Assembly: GCA_963777435.1 (NCBI GenBank)
Contig: CAVZQT010000004.1
Coordinates: 960,730 to 1,024,729 of the forward strand
Direction of reading: 5' to 3'
DNA: 64,000 nucleotides
DNA from: an uncultured Alphaproteobacteria bacterium
GTDB lineage: Bacteria; Pseudomonadota; Alphaproteobacteria; ATCC43930; CGMCC-115725
Under the pieces are notes generated by a model. It saw only the letters and a program-made list of their open reading frames with translations. It ran no database searches and was not told where the DNA came from. Position numbers and translations under genes: made by a program. Shown piece after piece: positions 19,266 to 27,974 of this stretch (the stretch's first letter is position 1; the number at the start of each line of letters is the position of its first letter).

Positions 19266-19487
19266 CTAGATACTCCCTTCCCTATTGCTCCCGCGCATCC
19301 GGGGCACAATCAGGCGCTTTAGCGCTTCCTTTGCTGCGTGCGCCGTATTCCAGGCTGCGGTGTGGTGCCCGACCGCTGATCCCGGAAAATAATCGGTCCA
19401 CCAACGCTCAATAAGCGCATCGAGGAGGTCGGCGCGTTCTTCCTCTATTATAGCGTGTCCAGATTTGGTTTTGCCACTGCTGTTCAT
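19266..19487 (-). CDS. hypothetical phage protein
   Basis: 73-aa ORF. Its ATG overlaps the upstream stop as ATGA (19484-19487), and it abuts the major tail gene. Confidence 0.5.
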   Translation of the reverse strand: MNSSGKTKSGHAIIEEERADLLDALIERWWTDYFPGSAVGHHTAAWNTAHAAKEALKRLIVPRMRGSNREGSI

Positions 19488-19741
19488 TGAAAACGAATCC
19501 TATTGCCATGCCATTCAAAGCCCGACCCTTTCCCGAAAGGGTCAAATATTCCGAGTCTCCATTTAGGATTTGGCATCGTCAATACGCACCATACAACCTC
19601 ATACTGGGCACGTGCGCAGATCCAGTGCCAAAGTATCGGCGACACCGCCATGGGCCCGGCGGCGGCTGTCCTGGATTGTCTTGAATTTGTTGGCCGTAAG
19701 CCGATAGGTAGGCATCTCGCCCGTCGTGCGCTCATGTACAA
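19484..19741 (-). CDS. hypothetical phage protein, possibly frameshifted
   Basis: The C-terminal half (TMPNPKWRLGIFDPFGKGSGFEWHGNRIRFQ) is protein-like, but the N-terminal half is Arg-rich. A better N-terminus (MPTYRLTANKFKTIQDSRRRAHGGVADTLALDLR, ATG 19715) lies in another frame. Confidence 0.3.
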   Translation of the reverse strand: MYMSARRARCLPIGLRPTNSRQSRTAAAGPMAVSPILWHWICARAQYEVVWCVLTMPNPKWRLGIFDPFGKGSGFEWHGNRIRFQ

Positions 19742-20166
19742 ACAATTTCGACCGGGACAATTGCAATCGCCTGGTCTCCAAGAACACCTTCGTCAGTTTC
19801 AATCTTACCCGCGATATAAGCATGCTGTACCATCTCGGGCAAACCAAGGTTTTGAATTCCGGTTGCCATCGATGGCGCTAGCGCAAGCTCGAGCGCGTCG
19901 AGCAGCGGATTTAAAGTTATTGCTGGCGCCGCATAAGGATCGCTCGAATGGGCGTAAACATAGAAGTCAGCATAGAGCGTCCACACGATCGGGGCACCTA
20001 ATGCCTTGACAGAGGCATGTCCGCCCTTTTCGCTCATAAACAGTGCTGGCTGCTCGACCGGCGCCACGTCGGACCAATGCCGCAGGCGTCAATTCGCAGT
20101 GGCAAAGCTCCACGCGCTTGAAGCTAAGGTCCAGAGCGCCGCGTAAATGGCCTCTCGTTCAATCAT
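19732..20166 (-). pseudogene. tail completion / head-tail joining protein with an in-frame TGA
   Basis: ATG at 20166 overlaps the upstream stop as ATGA. It reads MIEREAIYAALWTLASSAWSFATAN-TGA(20089-20091)-RLRHWSDVAPVEQPALFMSEKGG..., continuing as track ORF 19732..20067. Confidence 0.75.
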
Positions 20167-20637
20167 CTGCTCAACGTGCCGCGCAATGCCTGTTTGATGT
20201 TCCTGCCTACAACCGGCGCCATATCGTGAAATGTCGACATGGGAATCCGAGACGGCAGATCCACGTGCCGGTTATGGCGCTGGTCCTTCATCGACTTGGG
20301 TCCAATTGGGGATGCAAATCTTTCCTTGAGCTGTCGCAAACTTGTGCGGAGGTCTCTTGGGCCTCCAATACCGCACCCAAGAACTGTACCGTTAATATTC
20401 GTAGATGCCGTCGTACCAACTGCACCCTTGTTGTCAGCGAGCTGGACGCTAACCTTTTCAAACAATCTTTCGCGCAACTCCGGCGAGTGACGGCCGAATC
20501 TTATGCGGGCGGACTTTATTTTGTAGATCAATCCCAAGTCTAGCGAGTGCCTGCACCAATGCCCGGGCGGCAGAATATCGCTGCCGTCCCAACTTTTTCA
20601 GCAACGCTCCGTCTCCCACAACACGAGCTGAAATCAC
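20163..20637 (-). pseudogene. HK97 gp10-like head-tail protein, apparently +1 frameshifted
   Basis: The GTG at 20637 overlaps the connector stop as GTGA. A 59-codon N-terminal frame (VISARVVGDGALLKKLGRQRYSAARALVQALARLGIDLQNKV...) stops at 20458. The C-terminal frame is track ORF 20163..20537. Confidence 0.55.
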
Positions 20638-21281
20638 AGCACGCCGCCTACGATCGACGCATCGGTTGCAGTGGGCGCCATCATGATCAAGTTGCCGCCA
20701 ATCGGGGCTACGGCGCGGTACTGCTGGAGTACTGTTGATATCGCTGCGCTCATGTCTTTTTGCGAATAGCTAATGGTTTCACCTCCGCCAACCGCTTTAG
20801 AAATCTCACCGACCCGCAGCCGGTCGCGATAGCGCAACGCGACAAGTTCTATGCAGGCTTGAGCAAGTTCAGGTGGGATCGTCGAATATCCGGCCGTATA
20901 CGAAAAAGCAATGTTCTGCGGTCCCCGTACAAAACGATACCCACGTACGACCAATTGCGTAGGCGAAAACGCATAGCCGCTTGTCGAGACAGTGTTCGGC
21001 GAGAGCATTGAGACGGGTGGGATGACAATGCCATCGATCGTCACGCATAAAACGGCGCTGACCGGAAAGCAGGCAAATTGCAGGCGTTGGCCACCGGTGC
21101 CATCTCGTACTTCGGAATAATCAGCCATCGACATACGGCGATTAAGCCAAGTCTGTATGTATTGGCTCTCAGCGGTAATGAGCCTCGTCAGCAGTGCGTC
21201 GTCAGTGGGCGGAAAGGCGCTTTGCCCAGTCTGCAGCCAAGCCTTGACGTCGGCCAATGTTGTTAGGTCATCGTATGCCAT
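20634..21281 (-). CDS. head-tail connector protein (gp6-like)
   Basis: N-terminal LTTLADVKAWLQTGQSAFPPTDDALLTRLITAESQYIQTWLNR is typical of gp6-type connectors. GGAGG lies 9 nt upstream of the ATG. Confidence 0.75.
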   Translation of the reverse strand: MAYDDLTTLADVKAWLQTGQSAFPPTDDALLTRLITAESQYIQTWLNRRMSMADYSEVRDGTGGQRLQFACFPVSAVLCVTIDGIVIPPVSMLSPNTVSTSGYAFSPTQLVVRGYRFVRGPQNIAFSYTAGYSTIPPELAQACIELVALRYRDRLRVGEISKAVGGGETISYSQKDMSAAISTVLQQYRAVAPIGGNLIMMAPTATDASIVGGVL

Positions 21282-21568
21282 TTGAAGCGACCTCCGCGGC
21301 TCTCTTTCATGGCAACCACTGGTCTGATCAAATAATTTTGCGCGTCGTTAGGCTTTGCCAAACCCAAAGCGACGAATAATGCCCGTTTACGCTTTGAATG
21401 GATTTGACCGTCGCCCGCCATCGTAAATAATTACGCAACCGCATCGGCCGGAACGAGTTCATCTCGTTTAGTCATTGGCCTTACTTATGCATCTTCGATA
21501 GTTGCACCCAACCGGAGCCGGATTGATGTACTTGTGCGTGCAATGGCGGGGGGAGCACGAGCTTGGCG

Positions 21569-21718
21569 TTAGCCGTTCGGTGGGGTTGGTTCCGGTTCCA
21601 CGGCAAACCCACCGTTGCTCACGAGATACAACGCCACTTGTCTCGGCACATAAACTAAACCCCCGACTGTTACGCGATAGCGCGCCGTGCCATGATTGAC
21701 CTCGTCTTGGCCAAACAT
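21569..21718 (-). CDS. possible 49-aa protein downstream of the capsid gene
   Basis: ATG 21718 to TAA 21569: MFGQDEVNHGTARYRVTVGGLVYVPRQVALYLVSNGGFAVEPEPTPPNG. Below the ORF-track cutoff, with no good SD. Confidence 0.3.
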   Translation of the reverse strand: MFGQDEVNHGTARYRVTVGGLVYVPRQVALYLVSNGGFAVEPEPTPPNG

Positions 21719-21751
21719 AGCACGAAGCGCTATCACCTCCAGCATCGCTGG

Positions 21752-23251
21752 TTAACCATTCGCGATATTGGTTATGACGCCCATAGCGAACGGCGCGTAT
21801 ACCGCCAAGACTTCTTCAGCGTATACACCTACCTGGCGTTGGCGGGTGACGATCGGCCAGTCAATTTGATAATAATCTTGCCGCGTCTTCACCTCGGCTA
21901 CGTTGGGTACCTCGTTCGACTGATATTGGATTGGGAGATTTTCAGCCCAGCCAATGATAGTACCTGGAGGAACGCGAGGATGGATTTTGATTGGAATTCG
22001 AAGACCGCCGTAGATAGCAAAGGGGTTATAGTAGAATTGTACGACGCCTGATGCCGTCAGCTGATATTCACCATCGCTGCCATCGGCTGGAGTATCGTAC
22101 CGAAGTAACGGGCCCGACGCGTTAGAAAGCACCTTTGTTGTGATGTTCTTTAACTCCTGGGCATTTACATAAAGAACGGTCGGGGAGAGCTCGAAATTGT
22201 TCCACATCGTCTGGAACATGTTGTCGATCTCAACCACCGACCCACGACCAGATGCGGTAAGCGTGGTGCCTGTCCCCGCTGTGCCGGTACCCAGAGTATT
22301 CACGTAGGCGTTGGACCCCATTTTAAGCGCTGTTGTCAGCAACCCATCATACGCGTAGCTCGGGTTGGCGGAGAAATCGTTCGTGATCGCTGACTGTGCC
22401 TGGTTTCCCGTGGCAAGCGGCGCTGAAACCGCCAGACTGTTGACCGTGGTTATCGCCTGCAACGTTTCAGTGGCAGAAGATGTCGAGATGTACCAAGCAT
22501 AGGCCACGGCGCCTTGGATCGGAGTTACACTGCAAAGCAAAATCTGACCCAAGCTTACCAGTTGGCTGGCTTCGCCGCTGATATTTGAACATCCTCCGTT
22601 CAGAGTGAATGTTTTGCCGTCGACTCCGGTGACGGTTTTAGTCGTAGCCACTCCGCCGGATATGCTTGAATTTTGGTAACCTTCGAGCGTAAGGGCGGCT
22701 ACTCTGACATAGTATGTCGCAGCAGGCAGCGTTGCGCCGCCACCGGACGCCGCCAACGTTGGGGTTGCAGGCGTGCCGAGTTGCAACGATGCGTTGCCGG
22801 CCAGGATGGCCATCTCCTCTTTAAGCATCATCTTTTGCAGCAGCCGGAACGTCATCCGCGCTTGGATGTCTTCGAATTCGCGACCGGCAGAAATAGCTTC
22901 AAAGGTGGCCGCGTCTTCTTCGCCGATGGTGACGAAAGTGGCTGACTTGCTCGATGTCGAATACGACATTTGGCCGGAGCGCTGACCCTCTGGGACCCAT
23001 CCCATTGCGTCAAAGCCGGAGCCGATGATTGCGTTTACTTGACGCCAATTGGTGGCGGTTCCCGTGCCGCCACCGACGCGGGGCATTACGTTTCTGATCG
23101 GCGTGACAAAAGGGTAAAGGTTTTTGGCCGGTGCTTGCAAATCGTACGCTACTAGGCCAGTTGCTGTCGAAATTGACTTGCCAAGTGCGTCATCCGGCGC
23201 CGCTAGGGCCCGTTTCACTAGCTCCAGCAATTCCTGCGTTACAGAAGTCAT
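21752..23251 (-). CDS. major capsid protein (HK97 fold) with an inserted domain
   Basis: 499-aa ORF containing LQAPAKNLYPFVTPIRNV, FEDIQARMTFRLLQKMMLKEEMAILAGN and a central T/S-rich insertion. GGAGG precedes the ATG. Lies directly after the protease-scaffold gene. Confidence 0.82.
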   Translation of the reverse strand: MTSVTQELLELVKRALAAPDDALGKSISTATGLVAYDLQAPAKNLYPFVTPIRNVMPRVGGGTGTATNWRQVNAIIGSGFDAMGWVPEGQRSGQMSYSTSSKSATFVTIGEEDAATFEAISAGREFEDIQARMTFRLLQKMMLKEEMAILAGNASLQLGTPATPTLAASGGGATLPAATYYVRVAALTLEGYQNSSISGGVATTKTVTGVDGKTFTLNGGCSNISGEASQLVSLGQILLCSVTPIQGAVAYAWYISTSSATETLQAITTVNSLAVSAPLATGNQAQSAITNDFSANPSYAYDGLLTTALKMGSNAYVNTLGTGTAGTGTTLTASGRGSVVEIDNMFQTMWNNFELSPTVLYVNAQELKNITTKVLSNASGPLLRYDTPADGSDGEYQLTASGVVQFYYNPFAIYGGLRIPIKIHPRVPPGTIIGWAENLPIQYQSNEVPNVAEVKTRQDYYQIDWPIVTRQRQVGVYAEEVLAVYAPFAMGVITNIANG

Positions 23252-23330
23252 CTTAGTTCCTCCCGGCTGGGGGGCAAAAGAAAGCTCGGCAAGTTGCCGA
23301 GCTGGACTATCAAGTTGAAGGTTTAGGGGC

Positions 23331-25445
23331 TCACTGTCCGATCGCTTCTTGTCTCCGGGTGAGGCCGGGTGGATGAATGGGGCGGGCGTAGCTCGCCTTT
23401 ATCAATGTCAACGTCTGTTCTTCCTTGCTCATTTGAGAGAACGCTATCGCGAGTTCGTCGGTCGAAAATGCGTTGCTGCCGGTGTCCTGGTGTTTTGCAA
23501 TCGCGGCAACGCTCTTTGCTATCGTAACTGGAGCTAATGGAGTACGGGCAATATCCTCTACTCGTTTCGTCAACTGATCGAGACGGGGCATAATATCTGC
23601 GAGTGTCGTGATCAAAGCTGCCTTTTCAGCTTCCTCTCCTACGAACGTCTTACCCGAACTTCCTGACGACGCGGCCTTTGCTGGCTCGAAATCCGTCCTC
23701 TCCGACCCACCCTCGCCATCAGAGGTGACGTTGTCGCACACCGCTCCAGCCGCAGTCAGATGGTCATGAGCTCTCAGCAGATAACCCGATGTCTCCATAT
23801 CGTTGCGGCCACAAGCGTGCGTGGCGCGGTGGCAGCAGGCTCCATTGGTTAGTTTACAAACGCACTCGTGAGCTACGTCCAACAATGCCAAGTAACCAGT
23901 CGCTCCTTTACTCAGCGCCGCCGCGATCATATCGATCACCCCCGTGCTGGATGGAGCGTTTGCCGCACTGTTGAGTAAATCATTTTTCCCAGAACGGAGC
24001 GCTGGTGATGCCGCATCTGACTTCGAGGGATCAACCTTTGCCATGCGCGCAAGGTCGAACCCTGATTTTTCGCCAGCTAAGGCCCCCGCATCGTCGAGTG
24101 CTGAACGCGCCATGGCTATATGGCTTTTTTCCCCGTACCGCAATCCATGCATTCTCAGGCACTGAGAAACAGCCTGGTGCGCAAGGTCTAGAAGCGCTTG
24201 GTCTGCTTCAGTGTTCCTGGCTTTAATCAAGATTGCAGCCGCTAATTGCTGCAGATTTCGACTCCGTCCCTGCCACAAATCAGCAGCTAGGCGGGCTCCT
24301 TGAGTACCTGCGGCCATAATCATGGTATCGGCCGCTGTTCCAATCGGTGGTTCTCCCGTCAGGTCGGCCATGTCCAATATTTCACTGGCCTCCTCCGTCA
24401 CCAACGCGCCCAACAACCCGCACAGCTGGTTGATAATCCCTTGGAGCGCCGACGCTTCCGTGGAAGCGTCCCCCTCGATCTCCGCTTCGGCTGCAAGGCT
24501 CTCTTCAAGCCATGTTAATTCAAGTATGATGCGAACTACATAGCCAACATCCCATAGCGTCTTTGTCAGTGGCGGTTGTGCTCCCGTTTTCTGCTGGTTT
24601 AGCGATGGAGGCCCATCCTTATCGATTTTTTGCTTCCAGGCAGAAACGATACGAGCCTTGATCTGGTCAAGCTGATCCGGTGTGTACTGTCGCGCATTTC
24701 TGGGGCGGTTGATGAAATTCCAAGCGGCTCTGATGTGTCGCTCCGTGTCTATTGGGTATCGCTTTTGGCCATCTGACTGGTAGCCGGGATCGGCGTAATC
24801 ACCTTCGTTATAACCGGAATTGTTCTCAGCTTCGGTATTAGCTTTGTCCCGCTCACCTCCGGTAGCTGCACTGGAAATTCTCATTGTAGGACTCAGATCT
24901 TTATCTGACCTCTGCACTTGACACAGCACGGCGTGTGATGCGGCTAAGTGTCGGTGCCTGGGCACATCGCACGCCCAAGATTGCAATGATGAATTCAGTC
25001 TCACCTGCGGCTTCCTTGAAGCGCCAGCTGATTTCCAATAGTCGAACACCGCTTCCGGATTGGCCGGCCGATCGACCAGAGAAATCTCATTTAGGACGAG
25101 CCCGGTGATCGTCTTGTAATCGGTAGGATCTCGATGGGTTACATGACCGCCAATTGAATAACCCTTATAAACCCCCTCGACTACCTTCTGCCACGCGACC
25201 GGATCAACGATCTTAGCACCGATATAGAGCCCCTTGTCATCAACTGCGGCTTCCTTGGCAACTCCGACTGCGGATAGCTGATGCATTTCACGGATATTGG
25301 CAAATTTCATGTAGTCGCCAACGGCTGATATCAGCGCGTCGCGTTTTATAACTTCGCCCTGGTCGTCACGCGCCTCGGTGGATGCATAGCCCCACACCTC
25401 ATGTCTTTCCGCGTCGATTTTAGCTAGGGGGAAGTATATTTTCAT
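23331..25445 (-). CDS. prohead protease fused to a scaffold-like helical region
   Basis: The N-terminal ~135 aa match the HK97-type protease pattern (EVWGYASTE..., GYSIGGHV, LNEISLVDRPANPEA). This is followed by the YADPGYQSDGQKRYPIDTERHIRAAWNF motif and long helical Ala/Leu-rich sequence. Confidence 0.78.
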   Translation of the reverse strand: MKIYFPLAKIDAERHEVWGYASTEARDDQGEVIKRDALISAVGDYMKFANIREMHQLSAVGVAKEAAVDDKGLYIGAKIVDPVAWQKVVEGVYKGYSIGGHVTHRDPTDYKTITGLVLNEISLVDRPANPEAVFDYWKSAGASRKPQVRLNSSLQSWACDVPRHRHLAASHAVLCQVQRSDKDLSPTMRISSAATGGERDKANTEAENNSGYNEGDYADPGYQSDGQKRYPIDTERHIRAAWNFINRPRNARQYTPDQLDQIKARIVSAWKQKIDKDGPPSLNQQKTGAQPPLTKTLWDVGYVVRIILELTWLEESLAAEAEIEGDASTEASALQGIINQLCGLLGALVTEEASEILDMADLTGEPPIGTAADTMIMAAGTQGARLAADLWQGRSRNLQQLAAAILIKARNTEADQALLDLAHQAVSQCLRMHGLRYGEKSHIAMARSALDDAGALAGEKSGFDLARMAKVDPSKSDAASPALRSGKNDLLNSAANAPSSTGVIDMIAAALSKGATGYLALLDVAHECVCKLTNGACCHRATHACGRNDMETSGYLLRAHDHLTAAGAVCDNVTSDGEGGSERTDFEPAKAASSGSSGKTFVGEEAEKAALITTLADIMPRLDQLTKRVEDIARTPLAPVTIAKSVAAIAKHQDTGSNAFSTDELAIAFSQMSKEEQTLTLIKASYARPIHPPGLTRRQEAIGQ

Positions 25446-25536
25446 TAGCGATCTTTCATTTTTCGAGGGTAATCCGAGGTGTATCGAGTGGCCTTCGGCA
25501 AGCGGATTAATGGGTTGCCGTTGAACAGGGTACGAC

Positions 25537-25914
25537 CTATTGCTCCTGCGGAGCGCATTGGACTGTCGAATTTAGGCTTAAAACCCGGCCATCGCTGAGA
25601 TGGACAGTTGCCTCAAGAATATAAGTAGCGCCTATCGCGGAAGTCGGAAAGCCTCCGACCGTAGCAACGGAAAAGGAACCCGTCTTCGTCTGCAATGATC
25701 CATCGAGAGGAGACCGTAACTGGACCGCCTCTTCCGTGGTAGCTGCTAATATCCTTATCTGCGGAGCGGGATCAGTTGCCGTCTGAAACGGGGCGAACTT
25801 ACAGGTCCAGTTCGTCGATAGGATCGTGGCAGATCCAACTTCCGCGGTGAAGTCAAAGGCGAAGGTATCAATCTCGTTGTACTCGATTGGACTGAAAGAG
25901 GTCGGCAATCGCAT
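25537..25914 (-). CDS. hypothetical protein
   Basis: 125-aa ORF, beta-rich, with no signal peptide. Confidence 0.5.
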   Translation of the reverse strand: MRLPTSFSPIEYNEIDTFAFDFTAEVGSATILSTNWTCKFAPFQTATDPAPQIRILAATTEEAVQLRSPLDGSLQTKTGSFSVATVGGFPTSAIGATYILEATVHLSDGRVLSLNSTVQCAPQEQ

Positions 25915-26035
25915 CTGAGCTCCTTCGAACCGGTCAAACCTGTCGACCGACCAATGACTAGAAGCTTCGCGCAGCTAAAGACTAGGTAAATGGCCGGCCG
26001 CCCATCAACACCAATCATCCTCGACGATCGAGTTA

Positions 26036-27223
26036 TTACCTCCACCTGGCGAGAATACGAATCTTGCCGGGAGACTTCAGGAGACGACCAAGAGCGAGCT
26101 GTACGATCGGAGTAATCCAGGACTCGACAGCTGCGAGGCTCGCGCCCACTGACGAGATCAATATCTCGCATGTAAAAGCATCGGCGGTAGTAATCTGGTA
26201 GCCTACCTCGACCGCGAGGAACGCATCGGCGACTGCGGCCGCCTCGCCCAGGGTTTCGATTTGCGGTGGGGTGTCCCGCACCGCTCGCGTGAGCGCTTCC
26301 GCACCAAGAATATTACTGCCGCGGAGCGCGCCGCTACTTTCGGCCGCGGCGTTTCGGTCCGCGGTTTGCTGCACCAGCAATTCGATTGCCGCGAACGCAT
26401 TGCTGGTGATCGGGCCACCCGCGGCCGTCACGGTGAATTCAACCGGCGCGCGCCCGTCAAACAGTACCGCCCCCGACCAGGCGATCGGCGCCGGCTGCGG
26501 GTCGATACGCTGCCCGGCAACAAATCCGAGGGCAACAAACTGATCGGCGCTGAGCGCGGCCGAGCCGAGGTTTTCAAGCGGCGCATTGGCGTCACGTAGC
26601 GCGCGGCTCAGCGCTTCGATTAGCGCCGAGGAACCGGCCCGTCGCCCGGCGAGCGCTTCCGCCGTGGCGTTGGCGTCGCCGCGTTGGGTCGCGTTGTCCT
26701 CGCCCGGGACCAGAGCATCGCGCTGTTTCCCGGCGAGGATTTCGAGCGGGGGGAACTCATCGCCGACAACGCTGTTGGCGCCGAGGTTCTCGAGCGGGTC
26801 GCCGCTGTCGGTAATTTGCGTCGCGGAAAACGCTACCGGATCAATCGCATCGCCGCGTGCATTACCGAGACCTTCGAGCGGCGCCATGATGTTATTTTGC
26901 AGGTTCGCGGCGCTCTCGGCCGGAGTCAAGCCATCGCTAATCCGGTGCGACAGCCATTCGGCCGATGTCCCGGCTTCGAGGATGGCGTTGCCAAGCGGTT
27001 CGATTGACGCCGAAACGTGGCGTTGCAGCCTCGCCAAGTACTCGGTTAGGGCCGCAGCATCGGCACGCGATTCCGCCAATGCGTCGGCGGCGAGCAAGCC
27101 ATTAGCAAGAAGCCCAACATTTATTGCGGCCGGCAGGTAGGCATCTGTGGTAACCGTGGTCCCGCTGACGAAGTAACGATCAGCGCGCGGCCCCCCTGGT
27201 CGATGCGCAATCCACACCGCCAT
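26036..27223 (-). CDS. repeat protein with a recurring (P)-L/I-E-x-L-G/A motif
   Basis: 395-aa ORF. About 13 occurrences of the short motif, e.g. IEPLGNA, APLEGLGNA, DPLENLGAN, PPLEILAGK, APLENLGSA, PQIETLGEA. Confidence 0.6.
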   Translation of the reverse strand: MAVWIAHRPGGPRADRYFVSGTTVTTDAYLPAAINVGLLANGLLAADALAESRADAAALTEYLARLQRHVSASIEPLGNAILEAGTSAEWLSHRISDGLTPAESAANLQNNIMAPLEGLGNARGDAIDPVAFSATQITDSGDPLENLGANSVVGDEFPPLEILAGKQRDALVPGEDNATQRGDANATAEALAGRRAGSSALIEALSRALRDANAPLENLGSAALSADQFVALGFVAGQRIDPQPAPIAWSGAVLFDGRAPVEFTVTAAGGPITSNAFAAIELLVQQTADRNAAAESSGALRGSNILGAEALTRAVRDTPPQIETLGEAAAVADAFLAVEVGYQITTADAFTCEILISSVGASLAAVESWITPIVQLALGRLLKSPGKIRILARWR

Positions 27224-27225
27224 GA

Positions 27226-27972
27226 TCAGAACCGCCCAACGCTTACCCGGCCGTTGGCGAGGTTGTTGTTGATCTTCCGCGCGCAGCTTGTGTAGGAGCT
27301 ACTGCTGCCGGCGCAGATGCTAAAAGCGGTACCGCTGACGCTCGACGGATTGGCCGTGGCGCCGAAGCTGTCCGTCATCTGAAAGCTCGTCGGCGATCCC
27401 CAACTCGGCGCCGCCCCATTGACCGAGATATTAGTGAATGTCAGCGTCCCGAAATTTGGCAGCGGGTTTGTCGTGTTTAAATCCTCGGTCATGATGTCGA
27501 ATTTCGATAGGCTGGTCTGCAGTGTGTCAGTCGGCGACCACGTCCATCCTTCCGTCACGTTCTGCACCTTCATGGCCCAAGTCTGTGAATTTCCAGCGGT
27601 GCAGTTTGCGGTGCAGGTCAGGGAAATCTTAACGATGTCTCCGCCAACCGTCGTGTGGCCGGGCGTCGTATCATTGACCGCTCCGGCCGGGTACATCTCG
27701 TAGAACGCGCCATAGGAAGGGGCACCCTGCGCGGTTATGGAGAAGGACATGCCGACCTGCGCAAGGTTGGTTCCGTCCTCGATGCCGACCCAGGCGATGA
27801 TGTTGTTGCCGGCTGAAGTCGTCGAGTTCGAAACCCAAGGCACGCGGATCGTTGCCCCGATCGATGTGTAAGTCGAGCCCGAGGCTTGGTAGCCGGCAAA
27901 GCCCGCGGTCGCGTGCGCAGCGTCGAGGCCCCCCAGCAAGCACGCCAGAGCGAGAACAAGACGCTTGAGCAT
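27226..27972 (-). CDS. secreted G1-family (eqolisin-like) glutamic peptidase homologue
   Basis: Signal peptide MLKRLVLALACLLGGLDAAHA. Motifs AWVGIEDGTNLAQVG, YGAFYEMYP and SKFDIMTEDL parallel the AWVGIDG..LQTG, AWYEWYP and FIIEDFE motifs of scytalidoglutamic peptidase, and the catalytic Gln and Glu positions are conserved. Confidence 0.6.
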   Translation of the reverse strand: MLKRLVLALACLLGGLDAAHATAGFAGYQASGSTYTSIGATIRVPWVSNSTTSAGNNIIAWVGIEDGTNLAQVGMSFSITAQGAPSYGAFYEMYPAGAVNDTTPGHTTVGGDIVKISLTCTANCTAGNSQTWAMKVQNVTEGWTWSPTDTLQTSLSKFDIMTEDLNTTNPLPNFGTLTFTNISVNGAAPSWGSPTSFQMTDSFGATANPSSVSGTAFSICAGSSSSYTSCARKINNNLANGRVSVGRF

Positions 27973-27974
27973 GC

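Noticed and set aside
20089-20091. The in-frame TGA (and the TAG at 16571-16573) as selenocysteine, pyrrolysine or programmed readthrough.
   Set aside because: I saw no SECIS-like hairpin immediately downstream. The positions fit ordinary Arg and Gln residues in the family pattern, and the same element carries many other lesions. Plain nonsense mutations are the simpler reading.
21743-21750. TTAACCAT (CtrA half-site-like) at the capsid gene stop, as evidence of CtrA/GTA-type regulation.
   Set aside because: It is a single 8-mer inside or adjacent to coding sequence. I noticed no full TTAA-N7-TTAA box upstream of the terminase or early genes, so a chance occurrence is likely.
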